From: an uncultured archaeon
Lineage (GTDB): Archaea; Asgardarchaeota; Heimdallarchaeia; Heimdallarchaeales; Heimdallarchaeaceae
Assembly (NCBI GenBank): GCA_964549075.1
Contig: CAZJUB010000007.1
Coordinates: forward strand, 56,246-75,156
Length of the DNA stretch: 18,911 nucleotides
Direction: 5' to 3'
Below the pieces are notes generated by a model, which was given only the letters and a program-made list of their open reading frames with translations, did not search any database and was not told where the DNA came from. Below, one piece after another: positions 15,372 to 18,911 of this stretch. How positions within the stretch are numbered: the first letter of the stretch is position 1; each line of letters opens with the position of its first letter. A program made the position numbers and the translations under genes.

Positions 15372-18300
15372 TTATCTCAATCTCTTTCTTAGAAGGAATT
15401 GTTCATCTGATAAGTTGAAAAGAGTAGAAAGTGTTTCTTCAATAGGTGTCTTATTAAAGTATTCTAGTGCAACACTGATAGTTACTTCTTTGTAATCTTT
15501 GATAAACTTAAAGATTCTTTGGCTCAAAGGACTTAATTTAGGAACTTCCTTCTCTTTCATTGGATTAATTGACAAAGGATGAAGAGTCCAAACAAACAAT
15601 TCTTCACTTAATGTATCCATAATCTGATGTGAGTTCTTTTGGAATTCATCTGTAATTCCATTCCAGTCATGAAGTACTGTTTGGAATCTTTTTTCAAACC
15701 AGACAACAAAATTCGATAATCCAGTTTCTACATCAACAGAGACATCAGAAGTACTAAACAGATATGCACAAATGCAATCTTTAGCTGAACTTGATACAAC
15801 AAACTGTCCATAATCTAATTTTCTTACTGTTCCAGCTTGTCCACCACTAATCTCACTTCCCATACCTGCTACAGCTTGTAGAAATCCTGTAACCAAAGAA
15901 GAATCAACAGTTATTTCTCCTCCAAGATCCCATTCGTAAATTGGTAATCCCGTTTCTTGGTGTACAATGATTACTTTTCTCATTGCTAAAACACTTGTAA
16001 GTATCTTGGAAATTTTATCAAGATATCTTCTCTTAGTTGCCTTTTTCTTCTGCTTCTTAGGGCGAATTACAGCAAAGTAAATTGTGAGAACGATGAAAAT
16101 AACTGCTAAAGCAGCCAATCCTCCAACCATGTAATAAGTATATTCTCTAAACAAGAATGAAAGTAAAGAAAGGAATGCAGCTGAAGCTGTAGCAAAAGTT
16201 AAACTCTCTTCAGTTGTTTTGGAGTTTAGAACATATTGATTCGCAGTACTTGGGAGATATTCAGCATGATAACTTATTCCTGTTACCTGCCATGGGATTT
16301 CTATAGCACCACTTTCACCAGCATATATACCTGCAGAACCTGATAGGATAATAGTTTCGTTATATTCTTCAGTATGACCATCCTTGAAATAAAATGTATA
16401 ATATACTCTTACAGAATCTCCATTTGGATTTGGAGCTAGATGTATAGGATAGTTTCCTTGAAGTGGGAAGAGAATTTGGGTAGTATTTTCTATTATTACT
16501 CTAAATTGAAAAGTATCTAGTTGTCTCAACTCTCCTACAGTTTCTACTGCCATATCGTAATCTACAGGCGGATAGAAACTCAGTTGAATAATAATAGTCT
16601 TAGTAACATAACCATATTCCTCAAAAGTTAATTCAATGATACATATTGTTCCAACAGTAACGGCTGTATTTGGATTAAAAGTAACTTGAATATAGTCAAC
16701 ACCTACTGTAGCATAACTGATAAGATCAAAGTAATCATTGATATCAAGAGAACTATTAGCTAATGCGAATTCTGCTGTTACTGTTGCAGTTAAAATACTA
16801 GCATTTCCTGCTATACCATCCTGGTATTCAAATAATATTGGAATATCCTCGCTTGCATAGTCAGTAACTTCAGTTTCTCCATAAGCGTCTAGATAAGTCG
16901 TACGCTCATTTACAGTGATGAAAATTTGTAGCATCTGAGGAGCGTAACCTGGATCAATCATGATAATGTTTAGATAGAAGTAACCTAAAGTTCCTATAGG
17001 ATCAATAGTGATAATTATTGTATCACCAAGGCTGGAATTAGTAAAAGTGACTGATATATTACCCACAATTGTAATATTGTCAGGTTGGGGGATATATTCT
17101 ATCAAAGTTGCATCCCAGTATAGTAATCCTACAGTTACTCCTTGATTATAATATATATCAATATCAGGAGAATAACCAATATCAAAACCTGCATCTGTAG
17201 CTTTAGATATAACTATAAATTCTAAAGTTATTGAAGCATTTGCATAACCATTCTTTCCCAACGTTATAGTTATTGATAGTGCATTCGAAGAAGCATCATT
17301 GTTAATAAAGGTAAAATTATATCTTCCAGCACTAATCGGAACCAAGCTAACAAAAGAACAACCACTTGAATTCCAAGTAAAATCTTTTGTAACAGCATCA
17401 GTAATTAATTGAAGATGATCTATATCATTGAACATAAGTACTACAGTGACTTCATATCCCACATAAGTAATATTCCAGTCAGACTCCAGAAAAGATTCTG
17501 ATATATTCACTAGTTCTGTATTTATGATTACTACTTCTAAATCTCCAAGAACAAAATCAATCTGAGACTCATAATTATTTAGAGTTACAGTTATAGAGAT
17601 TTGAATTGCTGTTACAGCATCATTATTGTTTGTTACAGTTAGTTTATAGCCTTCACCATATGCTGTACAATTAAGATTTATATTAGAAACGTTTGCTAAA
17701 GGTGTTATCACTGCTCCAGAAAGATTCAGACCATGAGTTGTATCATAATATCTGAAATAAAATACTGCATCATGATAAACCTGAATAGTTGTAGGTGCAG
17801 TATCAATTTGTATTTCTGTTTCTGCAGCTAAAATCTCAAACGAATAAACATCAGAAACATAGGAATGTGTATAATTTGCTTGGTAATCTCCTAATAAGAT
17901 TTCAATATAAACATCGTACCAACCAATATCTAAATTGTTTGTTGAGGTACTAATATCTAATACCCATTCTTCTGGAGCTCCAGCATAAGTAAAATTGTAA
18001 TCTTTTGGCGATTCTAGGAAATAGGAGTAACCATCATATAAGGTAACATTCAAATCAGAAATGGTCATAGCATCAGTTAGATTTTTATCTCCTGTTACAT
18101 CATACAATGCTAAGTTGAAAACAACATTATCAGTGTAATACGTGGAAGTTGAAGTATATTCTGGTACAAGTGCTAACTCATAAAAAACTGAAACATTGAA
18201 AGAAACTGATTGTTCTTCCAGAAATGCTCCTGTTAATTGAACATCAACAATATAGTCACCTACGGCAAAATCAACTAAAATTGAAGAATTATAGAAAGGT

Positions 18301-18911
18301 GCATAATCATCAAAGTTTCCATTTTTGTTCCACGTTGCGTTTGAAACGGTATACGACACTTGAGCATCAGGAATTAGTTCTCCTACAGATGTAAAGAATG
18401 GTTCACTAACATTATAATAATAACCTTGTACTATAAAAGAGTCATCTCCTTTTCTTGTGATATCAGTTTGAACCCATGTATCACTATTTGGGATTATTTC
18501 CCACTCAAAATCTGAATCAGTCTGTGATTGGACAATTATTCGTTGGGAGTAATAACCAATCTCAGTTCCATTCTTCCAAGTAACTTCAGCTGTCCAGAAA
18601 CCTGGTTTGTCTGATCCATATACTGAAGGATCAAAAGTAATATACTCGTTAAAATAACCTCCAGCAATATTAGAGATATCAGTTATAGTATATGATGATG
18701 TATCAGTATAACTTAAATTGCCACTAACAGATTTGACAGAGACTATATTTCCATCAGGGTCATACAATGTATAATCGAGTGTTCCTGTTGTATCATTAGT
18801 AAGAATTCCTACATCATATTTTACATCTGCTTCTACATATACAGAAGAACCTTCATGACCATATGCATCGACTGTATCAGTATCCCAATAACCTAAATAA
18901 AATCTTTCAGT
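15372..18911 (-). CDS. 5'-truncated very large single-pass membrane protein: Ig-like/beta-sandwich glycosylated ectodomain, TM helix, cytoplasmic longin-like domain, winged-helix-like C-terminus
   Basis: The frame stays open from the TTG at 18767 to the window edge (TERFYLGYWDTDTVDAYG...). It has more than 20 N-x-S/T sequons, a TM helix MVGGLAALAVIFIVLTIYFAVI followed by RPKKQKKK, and a cytoplasmic VIIVHQETGLPIY...DSSLVTGFLQAV motif. Confidence 0.88.
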   Translation of the reverse strand, partial: TERFYLGYWDTDTVDAYGHEGSSVYVEADVKYDVGILTNDTTGTLDYTLYDPDGNIVSVKSVSGNLSYTDTSSYTITDISNIAGGYFNEYITFDPSVYGSDKPGFWTAEVTWKNGTEIGYYSQRIIVQSQTDSDFEWEIIPNSDTWVQTDITRKGDDSFIVQGYYYNVSEPFFTSVGELIPDAQVSYTVSNATWNKNGNFDDYAPFYNSSILVDFAVGDYIVDVQLTGAFLEEQSVSFNVSVFYELALVPEYTSTSTYYTDNVVFNLALYDVTGDKNLTDAMTISDLNVTLYDGYSYFLESPKDYNFTYAGAPEEWVLDISTSTNNLDIGWYDVYIEILLGDYQANYTHSYVSDVYSFEILAAETEIQIDTAPTTIQVYHDAVFYFRYYDTTHGLNLSGAVITPLANVSNINLNCTAYGEGYKLTVTNNNDAVTAIQISITVTLNNYESQIDFVLGDLEVVIINTELVNISESFLESDWNITYVGYEVTVVLMFNDIDHLQLITDAVTKDFTWNSSGCSFVSLVPISAGRYNFTFINNDASSNALSITITLGKNGYANASITLEFIVISKATDAGFDIGYSPDIDIYYNQGVTVGLLYWDATLIEYIPQPDNITIVGNISVTFTNSSLGDTIIITIDPIGTLGYFYLNIIMIDPGYAPQMLQIFITVNERTTYLDAYGETEVTDYASEDIPILFEYQDGIAGNASILTATVTAEFALANSSLDINDYFDLISYATVGVDYIQVTFNPNTAVTVGTICIIELTFEEYGYVTKTIIIQLSFYPPVDYDMAVETVGELRQLDTFQFRVIIENTTQILFPLQGNYPIHLAPNPNGDSVRVYYTFYFKDGHTEEYNETIILSGSAGIYAGESGAIEIPWQVTGISYHAEYLPSTANQYVLNSKTTEESLTFATASAAFLSLLSFLFREYTYYMVGGLAALAVIFIVLTIYFAVIRPKKQKKKATKRRYLDKISKILTSVLAMRKVIIVHQETGLPIYEWDLGGEITVDSSLVTGFLQAVAGMGSEISGGQAGTVRKLDYGQFVVSSSAKDCICAYLFSTSDVSVDVETGLSNFVVWFEKRFQTVLHDWNGITDEFQKNSHQIMDTLSEELFVWTLHPLSINPMKEKEVPKLSPLSQRIFKFIKDYKEVTISVALEYFNKTPIEETLSTLFNLSDEQFLLRKRLR

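Noticed and set aside
18765-18767. TTG at 18767 as the start of the large membrane protein
   Set aside because: The frame continues without a stop to base 18911 and no signal peptide follows the TTG. The true start lies outside the window.

Overview
AT-rich, gene-dense archaeal DNA, most likely from an Asgard archaeon. The lineage is inferred from archaeal-type pheS/pheT, stand-alone Kae1 and Bud32, GAGG/GGTGA ribosome-binding sites, BRE-TATA promoters and several longin/roadblock-like domains. From left to right: (1) a 5'-truncated acidic protein; (2) three mutually paralogous proteins sharing a roadblock-like C-terminal domain, two also with a longin-like N-terminal domain, plus a Zn-ribbon membrane protein; (3) a KEOPS locus in which an AIR-synthase-like gene + bud32 converge on kae1 + a cobalamin-dependent radical SAM gene; (4) two Zn-finger membrane proteins; (5) a head-to-head pair of 2-phosphoglycerate-kinase-like paralogs; (6) pheT-pheS; (7) a GcvH-like protein with Glu in place of the lipoyl-lysine; (8) the 3' part of a very large receptor-like protein (Ig-like repeats, one TM helix, cytoplasmic longin-like domain, winged helix). 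No tRNA, rRNA, CRISPR or mobile element was recognised. All fold assignments come from reading motifs by eye, not from database searches.
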